Of a stretch of 64,000 bases of DNA, positions 51,691 through 62,389 are shown piece after piece. The stretch is taken from positions 384,001 to 448,000 of the forward strand of contig CAVOKF010000006.1 in assembly GCA_963696385.1 (NCBI GenBank), read 5' to 3'. Source of the DNA: an uncultured delta proteobacterium (lineage in GTDB: Bacteria; Myxococcota_A; Polyangia; Polyangiales; Polyangiaceae). Every line of letters starts with the position of its first letter. Positions within the stretch are counted from its first letter, which is position 1. The position numbers were made by a program, and so were the translations under genes. The notes below the pieces were generated by a model. It worked only from the letters and a program-made list of their open reading frames with translations, was not told the DNA's origin and ran no database searches.

Positions 51691-51886
51691 CCCTCCGGCC
51701 GCCGGCGGTCCGAGAGGGCTGCCGGACCGGTGGCCTGACTCTTGAGAGCGTGTCGTAGCGATGGGCCGCCAGCCGAGGTCGACGTTCACCGCGAGGGCCT
51801 GCCCGTCGCTCGATGCGACGCGTCTCGCCCGTGTGCCGCAGCGATGACGTTTCCGTCACGCCCGCCGCCGACCCAGGTTGCAATCG

Positions 51887-51916
51887 GAAATTTTCGCCGA
51901 GGCGCGCAAACGCTGC
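51887..51916. promoter_or_regulatory. Candidate tandem enhancer (degenerate first half)
   Basis: GAAATTTTCGC-N8-GCAAACGCTGC, between usp and the kinase gene. Confidence 0.4.
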
Positions 51917-51938
51917 GCCGCGCGTAAGAGGTACTTCG

Positions 51939-53555
51939 ATGGATCCAGGCTTGTTCGGTGAGATGCAAAGCTACATCGGCTTTTCCGAAGTCGATGCAGC
52001 GATTCTCCAGCGACTGCATCCGATCGCGAAGCCCCACTTCGAGGCGATCGCCGACGAGTTCTACGCGCTCATCCGGACCCACGAGGGGGCCTTCGCCGTG
52101 CTCCAAGACGAAGCTCAGGCGCGGCGCCTCAAGGGCTCTCTCACGGTGTGGCTCGGTGAGCTTCTGTCCGGGCCCTACGACGCGACCTATATGGACCGCC
52201 GCGCGCGCATCGGGCAAGCGCATGTCCGTGTGGGCCTTCCGCCCCGATATGTCATCGCGGCGATGTCTCGCGTCCGAGCCGCCTTGTTGCGCGTGGCGGC
52301 CGACGGTTTCGTCGGCGATCCCGAGGCGACTCGCGGCGCGAACTTGGCCGTCGTTCGTATATGCGATCTCGATCTGGCGATCTTGGTCGAAAGCTACCAA
52401 GACGACTTCGCCGAACGAATCCAACGCTTCCGTGCCGTGGACAGCGGCGAGGATCCCCCCGCGATCCCGCAACGCGCACAGCCACAGAGCGACGTGTTGG
52501 AAGGGGCCGACGTGGTCGTGCTGTGTTTCGATCCGAACGGGCGACTCCTCTTCGCCAACCGCAAGGCGGAGCGCACGACGGGCTACGCGTTCGACGAGCT
52601 CGCCGCCGGCAACATTTTCGCGTTGCTCTTCGGCGACCGAGCCGCGACCGTCCGGGCGCAGTGGCTCGGCGGGGCGGATGGGCTGCCGGTTCAGATGGAG
52701 GCCCCTATCCGCACCCGGGCAGGGAGGCCGCGCGTGCTGCGGTGGCACGCGACCCTACGCCACGCCCCCTCCGACGCAGGTCGATCCATCGTGGTCGTGG
52801 GCATCGACTTGACCCACGAAAGAGAGCTCGAGCGACGAGCCCGTCACAATGAGCGTCTCGCCGCCACGGGCGTCCTGGCTGCGGGTCTCGCGCACGAGAT
52901 TCGCAACCCTCTCAACGGCGCCAACCTGCATTTGTCGGTCCTCGATCGCACACTCGCCCGAACTCCCGGCGTGCCCCCGGCGGCCCGCGAGGCGACCGAT
53001 GTGTTGCGGTCCGAGATTCGAAGGCTGAGTGCACTGGTGACCGATTTTTTGGAGGTCGCAAGACCGCGCCCGCTGGCGCTCGCGGACGTCGATGCCAACG
53101 AGATCGCTCGCTCCGTGGGATTGCTCCTCGGCCCGGAGGCCGACGCGCAAGACAAGGTGCTCGAAATCGAGCCATTTCCGATTCCGGCCGCGGCCAAGCT
53201 CGACGTCGACCGCATCAAGCAGGTGATCGTGAATCTCGTGCGCAACGGCCTTGACGCGGTCGGCCCCGGCGGGCGCGTCGCCGTCCGCGTGCGCCGGTTG
53301 CCGCACCATGTCGAGTTCGACGTGGCCGATAGCGGCAGCGGTGTGCTGGAACCGTCGGCGCCGATTTTCGATGCGTTTTACACCACCAAGGAGCGCGGCA
53401 CCGGTCTCGGGCTCTCCATCGTGCATCGCGTCGTCACCGATCATGGGGGAGACGTATGGTTCGAGAGTCGACCGGGATCGACCGTGTTCACCGTTCGCAT
53501 TCCCGCGCAGCCCGAGGCCACGGCCGGTGAAGGCAGCGGCGACGCCTCGGAGTGA
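51939..53555 (+). CDS. Globin-coupled sensor histidine kinase (globin-PAS-HisKA-HATPase)
   Basis: HemAT/protoglobin-like N-terminus (YIGF...D, FY, IGQAHVRVGL with proximal His). PAS (ANRKAERTTGY), AHEIRNPL, NLVRN and FYTTK.RGTGLGL. Confidence 0.9.
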   Translation: MDPGLFGEMQSYIGFSEVDAAILQRLHPIAKPHFEAIADEFYALIRTHEGAFAVLQDEAQARRLKGSLTVWLGELLSGPYDATYMDRRARIGQAHVRVGLPPRYVIAAMSRVRAALLRVAADGFVGDPEATRGANLAVVRICDLDLAILVESYQDDFAERIQRFRAVDSGEDPPAIPQRAQPQSDVLEGADVVVLCFDPNGRLLFANRKAERTTGYAFDELAAGNIFALLFGDRAATVRAQWLGGADGLPVQMEAPIRTRAGRPRVLRWHATLRHAPSDAGRSIVVVGIDLTHERELERRARHNERLAATGVLAAGLAHEIRNPLNGANLHLSVLDRTLARTPGVPPAAREATDVLRSEIRRLSALVTDFLEVARPRPLALADVDANEIARSVGLLLGPEADAQDKVLEIEPFPIPAAAKLDVDRIKQVIVNLVRNGLDAVGPGGRVAVRVRRLPHHVEFDVADSGSGVLEPSAPIFDAFYTTKERGTGLGLSIVHRVVTDHGGDVWFESRPGSTVFTVRIPAQPEATAGEGSGDASE

Positions 53556-53654
53556 CGCGGCGCATCCGATGCGAGGCGGCCCAATCCGTGCTGGGTGCAC
53601 CCGCTATCGTGATAAAAGAGCGGCATTGCCGAGTCTCGGCGCGGGGGAGGCGGC

Positions 53655-53684
53655 GCGCGGATTGCGCGTTCACGTAAATCCTGC
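53655..53684. promoter_or_regulatory. Candidate tandem binding site upstream of the activator gene
   Basis: GCGCGGATTGC-N8-GTAAATCCTGC, 33 bp before the ATG at 53717. Confidence 0.5.
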
Positions 53685-53716
53685 ACGAAAACAAAACGAT
53701 ACGGAAAATAAGGAAC

Positions 53717-55105
<1,389 letters not shown>

Positions 55106-55146
55106 CGCCCCGCCGAAGCGAATGGGGGATCGGCGCGCCCTGCCTC

Positions 55147-55176
55147 GCGAGATCTGCATGAGCACGCAAGATGTGC
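55147..55176. promoter_or_regulatory. Candidate tandem enhancer (UAS)
   Basis: GCGAGATCTGC-N8-GCAAGATGTGC. Confidence 0.55.
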
Positions 55177-55212
55177 CGCGATCGACTCGTTGTCCGCTGG
55201 ACTCCGCGCAAA

Positions 55213-55228
55213 TGGCCTGCGTCTTGCC
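55213..55228 (+). promoter_or_regulatory. sigma54 promoter for the CBS gene
   Basis: TGGCCTGCGTCTTGCC (GG-N10-GC). The ATG starts 15 nt after the -12 C. Confidence 0.65.
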
Positions 55229-55241
55229 TCCATAGGGGGAC

Positions 55242-55967
55242 ATGGCCTGCACCGTCGGCGAGATTATGAATCGCGAACTGCTCGCGGTCCGAGCCGAGAC
55301 TCCTCTGCTCGAGGTTCGCGATCTGCTCCGCTCCTTTCGTATAGGTGCCGTTCCCGTGGTCGATGACACCTATCGGCCGATCGGGGTCGTCTCGCTGCGC
55401 GACTTGTTCGACGCCCAGGGCCTTGCGGGCGAACGCATGAGCAAGCCCGCGATCTGCGTCGACGCCTCGACCGCAATCGACCACGCGGCGCGCCAACTGG
55501 CGCGCACCGACCGGCATCATCTGGTCGTCGTCGACGGAGCGGGGGCCGCTGTGGGCATGCTGTCGAGCCTGGACTTGCTTCGCGCCGTCCTCGGCTTGCC
55601 CACGCATCATCCGGACGCGTTTCCTCATTGGGACGAAGCCACGGAAGTGGCGTGGACCGACGATTGGCCGCTCGACGAGCAGGGCTGTGGCCACGCCCCC
55701 GATGCCGCGGGGTTTCTTCTGATTGTGGACGGCGCGCCCGGAGAGCGGGATGCGGTGATTTACACGGAGCCATGCCCGAGCGTTCGGGCGCGCGTCCTCG
55801 AGCTCATCTCGGTGGGTTCGACGCCTCCGTCGACGCTTCGGCCTCATCTGGCGCGTGGCAGCCTGCGCTTCCGCGCAGCGGCCGTATCCGACGTGTCGGC
55901 ACAGGAGCGAATTGCCGCGCTGTTGCGGGATCGCCTCGACCACATTCCGCCGCCCGGCGCCACTTGA
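55242..55967 (+). CDS. CBS-pair protein with extra C-terminal domain
   Basis: VGEIMNRE, GAVPVVD...GVVSLRDL and HHLVVVD...GMLSSLDL. Confidence 0.88.
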   Translation: MACTVGEIMNRELLAVRAETPLLEVRDLLRSFRIGAVPVVDDTYRPIGVVSLRDLFDAQGLAGERMSKPAICVDASTAIDHAARQLARTDRHHLVVVDGAGAAVGMLSSLDLLRAVLGLPTHHPDAFPHWDEATEVAWTDDWPLDEQGCGHAPDAAGFLLIVDGAPGERDAVIYTEPCPSVRARVLELISVGSTPPSTLRPHLARGSLRFRAAAVSDVSAQERIAALLRDRLDHIPPPGAT

Positions 55968-56035
55968 GCTCAGGGGGCTAACTCGGCGCGACATCGTGGC
56001 CGTCCCGACCCCTTCGCGAACCGTCGGCCGTCGTT

Positions 56036-56667
56036 TCAGCGTGGACTCGGCGTCCGTCGCCTCGCAACCCATCGCAACACGTCGAGATCCGGAAATGAGG
56101 CCCACGAAGCGACGATCCTCGCCGGTGACCGCCACGAACCGCATGTGCCCGTGCACCATCAGATTCGATCGCTTGGATCAAGGGGGCCGACTCCCGAAGC
56201 ACGGGACCGACGGCCGCCAGTTCGCCGAGCGACGTGAGCCCTTCCGCGGGATCCATGGCGGACAGGGTGCCGCGCACCTCGTCGTTGGCGGCGAGTACGA
56301 CGACGTGCGGGTTGCGGTCGAGCAGCAGGCGCGCGCGCGCGGCGGAGACGTCGACGCGAACGGCGACCGAGTGCGCGGCGCAGACGGCGCCCACCGGCGT
56401 GCCCTTGGCCAGAGCATCCGGGCCGAGAAATAGCGGTCCGTCGAGTGCCGACTCGGGCGCGGGCGCAACGCCGGCCGGTGTGCATGAGACGTTCGCCTCC
56501 GACACGGCACGGACGAAAGGACAGTTCGCGCAATCGCTCGTGTCGGTCGACGCGTTGCGGGTGGGGCAAAAGACTCGCAGGGCCCGCGCGCGTCCGCCGT
56601 TCCGTTCGAAAATTTCCAAGCTTCGCACGGGCAAGTCGACCGACCGGTCCGAATCCTGCTGCGCCAT
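56036..56667 (-). pseudogene. Cys-motif + CBS-domain protein with two +1 frameshifts (near 56161 and 56090)
   Basis: MAQQDS...FCP...CANCPF...LIQAIE | LMVHGHMRFVAVTGEDRRFVGLIS | DLDVLRWVARRRTPSPR* is restored by deleting one base at each junction. Confidence 0.72.
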
Positions 56668-56681
56668 GATCCACTCAGGCA

Positions 56682-56697
56682 AGCAACAGTTGGTCCG
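56682..56697 (-). promoter_or_regulatory. sigma54 promoter for the minus-strand CBS gene
   Basis: Minus strand CGGACCAACTGTTGCT (GG-N10-GC). The ATG starts 16 nt after the -12 C. Confidence 0.5.
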
Positions 56698-56733
56698 CGA
56701 TCGCTTTGCGTAGTAAGACGGCCGACTACGGCC

Positions 56734-57117
56734 ATGACCACCCACGCGGCAGTTTGGATCGATCACCACGAGGCTCGCATTTTCCACGTGCAAGCCGACA
56801 GCTTCGACGAGGCGACCCTTCATGCGCCCCATCGTCACATTCACCGACATCCGAAGGGCGGTACGGCCGAGCACAACCATCCGGACGACCTGCGGGCGTT
56901 GTTTCGCGACGCCGCACGCGCTCTCGACGGCTTCGACGAAATCCTCGTCTTGGGGCCTTCCACGGCGAAAGTTCAATTCTTGTCGTATGTCCACGACCAC
57001 GATCGAGCGATCGAACCGAAGATCGTCGGCAGTGAGACGGTGGACCATCCGACGGATCGACAGTTGGTCGCGCACGTGAAGCAGTACTTCGGAATGCCCG
57101 CCCCCCGCCTGCGCTGA
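56734..57117 (+). CDS. Small eRF1-domain-2-like ('translational machinery') protein
   Basis: AAVWIDHHEARIF, EILVLGPSTAK.QF and ETVDHPTD.QLVA...YF. Confidence 0.8.
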   Translation: MTTHAAVWIDHHEARIFHVQADSFDEATLHAPHRHIHRHPKGGTAEHNHPDDLRALFRDAARALDGFDEILVLGPSTAKVQFLSYVHDHDRAIEPKIVGSETVDHPTDRQLVAHVKQYFGMPAPRLR

Positions 57118-57137
57118 GCGATCCACCCGGCGGATCC

Positions 57138-57361
57138 CGACTCTGACCGCGACCGCGACTGCGACTGCGACTGCGACTCCGACCGCGACGGCGACCACGA
57201 CTCCGACCGCGATTGCGACGGCGACCACGACTCCGACCGCGACTCCGACAACTCCGACCGCGATTGCGACCGCGACGGCGACCACGACTCCGACCGCGAT
57301 TGCGATTGCGACGGCGACCACGACTCTGACCGCGATTGCGACCGCGACTACCGCGACTGCG
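57138..57361 (+). repeat. Hexamer tandem array, (GCGACC/GCGACT/CCGACC/GCGATT)n, with higher-order units
   Basis: Directly visible. The unit GCGACGGCGACCACGACTC(C/T)GACCGCG recurs about 4 times. Confidence 0.88.
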
Positions 57362-57446
57362 CGGATCTTACTGCTTCCGCGATCCCGGCCCATTCGTGTT
57401 CTTGGTGTGACGAATCCCTGACACGCGCCGAGCTAACGTGGGATCC

Positions 57447-58325
57447 ATGCACTGGCCGCAAAATGAGCGAGCGCTGCGTCGCCTCAACGTCGCGCGGGCC
57501 GCGCCGTTTTTCGCCGTCCACGCCGCAGCCCTCATCGGCGTCGTCGCGCTCGGGTGGTCCTGGCTCGGATTGGGCCTCGCGCTGCTACTTTATTACGTGC
57601 GCATGTTCGGTGTCACAGCGGGCTATCACCGCTATTTCTCGCACCGTGCGTTCAAGACGAGCCGCGTCGTGCAGGCGCTGTTGGCGGTATGGGCGATGAC
57701 GAGCTCTCAGAAGGGCGTCGTATGGTGGGCCAGCCACCATCGCACCCACCACAAGTACTCGGATCAACCGGGCGATGTTCACTCGGTCCTGCGGGATGGG
57801 TTTTGGTGGGGTCACCTCGGATGGATTCTGTCCGACAAGTACGAGTCGACCGAAAGCTCGCGCGTGCGCGATCTCGTGAAGTATCCCGAGCTCGTTTGGC
57901 TGAATCGTTTTTGGTGGCTGCCGCCGACGGCGCTGGGGGTGGGCCTGTTTCTGGTCGGCGGAACGTTCGCGCTCGTCTGGGGGTTCTTCGTGTCGACCAC
58001 GCTTTTGTGGCACGGCACATTTACGATCAATTCCCTGTCCCACATGGTTGGGCGGCGACGCTACCGGACCACGGACAACAGCCGAAATAGCGCCATTCTC
58101 GCGCTCGTGACGATGGGCGAAGGGTGGCACAACAATCACCACCATTATCCACGATCGGTTCGCCAGGGCTTCTTTTGGTGGGAATTCGATCCGACCTACA
58201 CCCTGCTTCGGGTCTTCGCCGCACTCGGGCTCGTCTGGGATCTTCACCCGCCCCCCGCCCACGTCGTCGCCGCGAACCGGGTCGGCGCCCTGGCGGTTCC
58301 GGTCGATCCGGCACCGGTGAGGTGA
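57447..58325 (+). CDS. Acyl-CoA (delta-9 type) fatty acid desaturase
   Basis: His boxes GYHRYFSH, HRTHH and WHNNHH. Confidence 0.94.
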   Translation: MHWPQNERALRRLNVARAAPFFAVHAAALIGVVALGWSWLGLGLALLLYYVRMFGVTAGYHRYFSHRAFKTSRVVQALLAVWAMTSSQKGVVWWASHHRTHHKYSDQPGDVHSVLRDGFWWGHLGWILSDKYESTESSRVRDLVKYPELVWLNRFWWLPPTALGVGLFLVGGTFALVWGFFVSTTLLWHGTFTINSLSHMVGRRRYRTTDNSRNSAILALVTMGEGWHNNHHHYPRSVRQGFFWWEFDPTYTLLRVFAALGLVWDLHPPPAHVVAANRVGALAVPVDPAPVR

Positions 58326-58416
58326 CCGCCGAACGGCCGCCGGCGATCTCCGTCGTCGCTTCGACCGGCGGCGAGTTCGTCCTGCACGTGACCGGGCAGA
58401 GTGCTACCGATGGCCC

Positions 58417-59778
58417 GTGGTCTCGCTGTCGTTCGCGTCCGGCACGATCGAGGTGAGAAACTGGCCCCACGCGGTCGCCGTGCCGACCGCGTGCGCCTGG
58501 GACGAGCGGACCCGGTGCCACCGAGCACCGGCCGTGGCCTACGGCGACTTGGTCCGCGCCCTGGTCGGCTCGAGCACTCCGTACGAGGACGGAGCGCGAC
58601 GGTACTGTCCGCTCGACGGGGGCGCGCGGGTGCATCGCGAGCCGCGTCCGTATCAGAGCGAGGCGCTCTCGGCCTGGCGATCGCATCGCGGCCGGGGTGT
58701 CGTCGTCCTTCCGACCGGATCCGGCAAAAGCCACGTGGCCCTGATGGCCATCGAGGACAAGAGGCGCAGTACGCTCGTGGTCGCGCCCACGCTCGACTTG
58801 GTGCGTCAGTGGTTCGATCTGCTGGGGGCTACCTTCGGCGTGCGCATCGGCCTCGTCGGCGGCGGAGAGCACGACGTGCAGCCGCTCACGGTCACGACCT
58901 ACGATTCCGCGTTCATTCACATGGACCACATGGGATCGCGCTTCGGGATCGTGGTCTTCGACGAGTGCCACCACCTGCCGAGCTCCGGCTACGCCCTCGC
59001 CGCGCGGGGTTGCCTCGCGCCGTATCGGCTGGGTCTGACGGCAACGCCGGAACGCAGCGACGGCCGCGAGGCCGACCTTGCCACTCTCATCGGACCGGTC
59101 GTGTACCGGAGAGACATCGTAGAGCTCTCGGGCGATTACCTCGCCGAGTACGAGACCGTGCGGGTGTCCATCGAACTGTCGCCGGAGGAACGCGCGGAGC
59201 ATGACGGCGAGCGAGCGATTTACCGCGATTTCGTCAAGCGGCGCGGCATCCGCATGAGCGACCCCTCCGGCTGGGGCGCCTTCATCCTGCAGTCCTCTCA
59301 GAGCGCCGAAGGCCGGCGAGCGATGCAGGCGTACCGCAGGCAGCGCGAGCTCGCCTTCGCTCCCTCGGCCAAGCTCGACTACCTGAAGCACCTGCTCCAT
59401 GCGCACCGCAGCGACCGGGCGATCCTGTTCACGGTGGACAACGCCACGGCGTACGCGATCGCCCGGCGGTTTCTCGTCCCGGTGATCACCCACCAGACGA
59501 AGGTTCGAGAACGCAGCGCGATCTTGGCTGGGCTCGCGGACGCGACCTACCACGCGGTGGTGACGTCCAAGGTGCTCAACGAAGGAGTCGACGTGCCCGA
59601 CGCCAACGTCGCGGTAGTCCTGTCCGGCAGCGGATCGGTGCGCGAGCACGTGCAGCGGCTCGGGCGAATCCTGCGCAAGAAGGAGGGCAAGCGCGCCGTG
59701 CTCTACGAGCTCGTGACGGACGCGACCACCGAGACGTACACGAGCGAGCGCCGCCGAGAGCACAGTGCTTACCGCTGA
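58417..59778 (+). CDS. XPB/Rad25-like superfamily 2 helicase
   Basis: RPYQSEAL, LPTGSGKS, DECHH, GLTATPER, EGVDVPDA and QRLGRILR. Confidence 0.92.
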   Translation: MVSLSFASGTIEVRNWPHAVAVPTACAWDERTRCHRAPAVAYGDLVRALVGSSTPYEDGARRYCPLDGGARVHREPRPYQSEALSAWRSHRGRGVVVLPTGSGKSHVALMAIEDKRRSTLVVAPTLDLVRQWFDLLGATFGVRIGLVGGGEHDVQPLTVTTYDSAFIHMDHMGSRFGIVVFDECHHLPSSGYALAARGCLAPYRLGLTATPERSDGREADLATLIGPVVYRRDIVELSGDYLAEYETVRVSIELSPEERAEHDGERAIYRDFVKRRGIRMSDPSGWGAFILQSSQSAEGRRAMQAYRRQRELAFAPSAKLDYLKHLLHAHRSDRAILFTVDNATAYAIARRFLVPVITHQTKVRERSAILAGLADATYHAVVTSKVLNEGVDVPDANVAVVLSGSGSVREHVQRLGRILRKKEGKRAVLYELVTDATTETYTSERRREHSAYR

Positions 59779-61014
59779 TCTCGTGAACGCCCGTCGGCGG
59801 GGCGGAGAGCTGTGCATCGTCGCGCTCGACGCCGCGGGCCGTCGGCGGGCCGCCGCCCTCGCCGAGAAACTCGTCACGACCACGTCCGCATTCGTGGGCT
59901 CCGCCCGGGAGGAGCTCATCGGCGCTCTCGAGGCGATCGACGTCGGTCCGCGAGAGCATCGGTTGAGAGACGGCCTCGTCAAGCTGATCGAAGACCGTTG
60001 TCAGTTCGATGCGAGCGATGCCGCGGATCCCCGGGAACCCGCCACGAAGTGTTTTCGCTCGCGAGTGCCGCGCGCGCCTGCCTTCCGCCCGGAGCCGTTC
60101 TCGATTGCGACGCGATCCTCGCTCAGGTGGCGGCTCGGCGCGGCACCTCGGCCGAGGCGATGGAGCGGGCCCTCTTCGCCGATCTGAGGGGCGCCCACGT
60201 CCTCACCGCGTTCAACGCGCCGTCGGCCGCCGATCTCGTCACGAGCTACGAGCAGGCCCAGGCGCAGGCGGTCTTGCTGCGTGCCGTGAAGGTCCAAGTC
60301 GACGTGCGCTGTTCGGCGGCGGGAGGCCTCCGTGCGCTCTTCCGGAAGCTGAAGTTTTTGCGCCTGCTCCACACGATCGAGCCGACGCACAACGGGCACC
60401 GAATCGTCATCGATGGTCCGTTCAGCCTGTTCGAGTCCGTGACGAAATACGGCTTGCAGCTGGCTCTCGTCCTTCCGGCCCTCGACCACTGTGATGCATG
60501 GAAACTCGAGGCCGACGTGCGCTGGGGCAAAGAGCGCGTTCCGCTCGCTTTTCGCCTCGCGAGCGGAGCTTGGGGCTCCGGGCCACGGCAAGCGGATGCG
60601 CCCGCGCACCTGCCCGACGAGGTGCACGCGCTCGTGGAGAGCTTCGAAGGGCTCGAAACCCCTTGGCGAGTCTCGCCCAACACGGACATCTTGGATCTGC
60701 CCGGCGTCGGCCTCTCGGTCCCCGATCTCGTGTTCGAACGGCCCAAGGGGACCGGGGCCGCGCGCGATCGCATCTACCTGGAGGTGCTCGGTTACTGGAG
60801 CCGTGCCGCCGTTTGGAAACGCGTGGAGCTCGTCCGAGCCGGATTGCCTGAACGCATCTTGTTCGCAGTGAGCTCCCGCCTGCGCGTCAGCGAGGAGGTG
60901 CTCGACGGCGACTTGCCCGGTGCCCTCTACGTGTACAAGGCGAAGATGAGCGCGCGCGCCGTCGCCGATCGGCTCGAGCGGCTGGCCGGGCGGTCCCCAG
61001 GCGGCGCGCCCTGA
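59765..61014 (+). pseudogene. DUF790 (Bax1-like) nuclease with one frameshift near 60038
   Basis: MLTADLV start overlaps the helicase stop. Frame switches between DPRE and RHEVF. ALFADL, IDGP.SLF....KYG, and PD-(D/E)xK-like VPDLVF...YLEVLGYW. Confidence 0.85.
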
Positions 61015-61108
61015 GGCATCCTCGAACGGTCGGCGCCGGCGGGGGCCCTGACGGTTGCCGTCGCGACGAATGGCAGCCCGGCAAGGACTCGGGTAGCCTC
61101 GCGCCGCG

Positions 61109-61681
61109 ATGTTCACGCGATGCGCGGTGCTCGCCATCATGGCCTCACTGACGGGCTGCGCGGCCGCTGCCTCGCAGATGCCCCCGGGCCCGGATTACCG
61201 CCGTTACGTGGTCGATCGGCCCGGCGGTTCCGGCCCCGGCGCTTTCGAGTGGCGTCCCGACGTCTGCGCGCAGTCGGATCTGCACGCCGATTATCGCGTT
61301 CTGAACGAGACGAACTTGGTCGCCTTCCTCCACGACCAGCAAATCGACGCGCGCGTCGAACGTCAGCCGGTCGAGGCTCACAAGCCCGACCTCGTGTTCG
61401 TTTTCGTCACGAGTCCGGGCACGTCGCAATCGGTCCCGTTGCGAGTCGCGATTCTGCCGTCCGCGGACGAAGCGGGTCGGGCGCTCTACGACGCGCTGTT
61501 GCAGCGCGGAGCAGGCGGCTGGGGGCTTCATCGGTCCAATCTCGCCGTGCTCGGCCCGTCGGGTGCGGACGAAGACAATCTCGCGTTTGCCGCAAAGACG
61601 CGGCTCGCCTGCTGGGGCACATTCACGTTCGTCGATTCCGGCGACGCATCCGTGGTGCCGGGTGGGTACACGGAGCCATGA
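61109..61681 (+). CDS. Hypothetical lipoprotein
   Basis: Lipobox LTGC. ATGA-coupled to the next gene. Confidence 0.75.
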   Translation: MFTRCAVLAIMASLTGCAAAASQMPPGPDYRRYVVDRPGGSGPGAFEWRPDVCAQSDLHADYRVLNETNLVAFLHDQQIDARVERQPVEAHKPDLVFVFVTSPGTSQSVPLRVAILPSADEAGRALYDALLQRGAGGWGLHRSNLAVLGPSGADEDNLAFAAKTRLACWGTFTFVDSGDASVVPGGYTEP

Positions 61682-62388
61682 CCCCGCCGTCCGCCGGCTC
61701 GCCGGGTGTTCGTCGTCGTGCGCGTCCGGGACGACGAGTGAGGTGGCGTGGCGTGAGCCGAATGCTGTTCGCCTCGGCTCTTGCGGCCACCGGGTGCGGA
61801 GGGGGTGCATCGACGACGGGTGCGGGTACGGTGTTCGACCCCTCGGGCTCCGCCGTCAGCGCCCCCCCGGTGGATGTGACGACGAATCCGGACATCGAGC
61901 GGCCGTATCCCGCGCTCGATGGAGCCCTGGTGAACGGGGGTCGCTGGATGGGCGTTTCGGTTCTTCGAGACGGCGTCCGGTTCACGCGTCCCCCGCGCTG
62001 GACGATCCGCGACGCGGGCGTAGAGCCCGGCCAATCGTTTGTCCGGTACGTCTCTCCCAACGCGTACTCGTTCGCGATCTACGAGCGCTCCGACTCGCCC
62101 GGTAAATCCTGGCGCGACATCCTCGCGCACTACGAGGCCGACGTGACGGCCAACGGAGCGACGGCGGTGGGCCAGCGGGTACCCATGGCGACGGGGACCA
62201 ACCAGGGTCGCGCGTATACGATCGATCGCAAGATCGAGAGCAAGGACAAGGTCCTCAGCCGCAGCCGCGAGATCCTGCTGCGCGGCGATCACCGCATCGT
62301 GCTCGTGCAAATCGTCACCTCGGAGGAGAACCTGTCGCGCCTTTCGGGAGAGCTGCTCGAAATTCTTCGTCGCGTCGAGGTGCTCTGA
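61678..62388 (+). CDS. Hypothetical lipoprotein
   Basis: Basic N-terminus and lipobox ATGC. V.F..P..W pattern resembles PsbP/DcrB-like folds. Confidence 0.7.
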   Translation: MTPPSAGSPGVRRRARPGRRVRWRGVSRMLFASALAATGCGGGASTTGAGTVFDPSGSAVSAPPVDVTTNPDIERPYPALDGALVNGGRWMGVSVLRDGVRFTRPPRWTIRDAGVEPGQSFVRYVSPNAYSFAIYERSDSPGKSWRDILAHYEADVTANGATAVGQRVPMATGTNQGRAYTIDRKIESKDKVLSRSREILLRGDHRIVLVQIVTSEENLSRLSGELLEILRRVEVL

Positions 62389-62389
62389 C

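Noticed and set aside
51845..51858. Perfect palindrome TGACG-N4-CGTCA between usp and the kinase, as a possible FNR/CRP box
   Set aside because: Half-sites and spacing do not fit TTGAT-N4-ATCAA or TGTGA-N6-TCACA, and only one copy was seen.
57138..57361. Repeat array as possible CRISPR or Val/Ala-repeat membrane protein
   Set aside because: 6-nt periodicity, no unique spacers and no cas genes. The VAVA translation is a by-product of the repeat.
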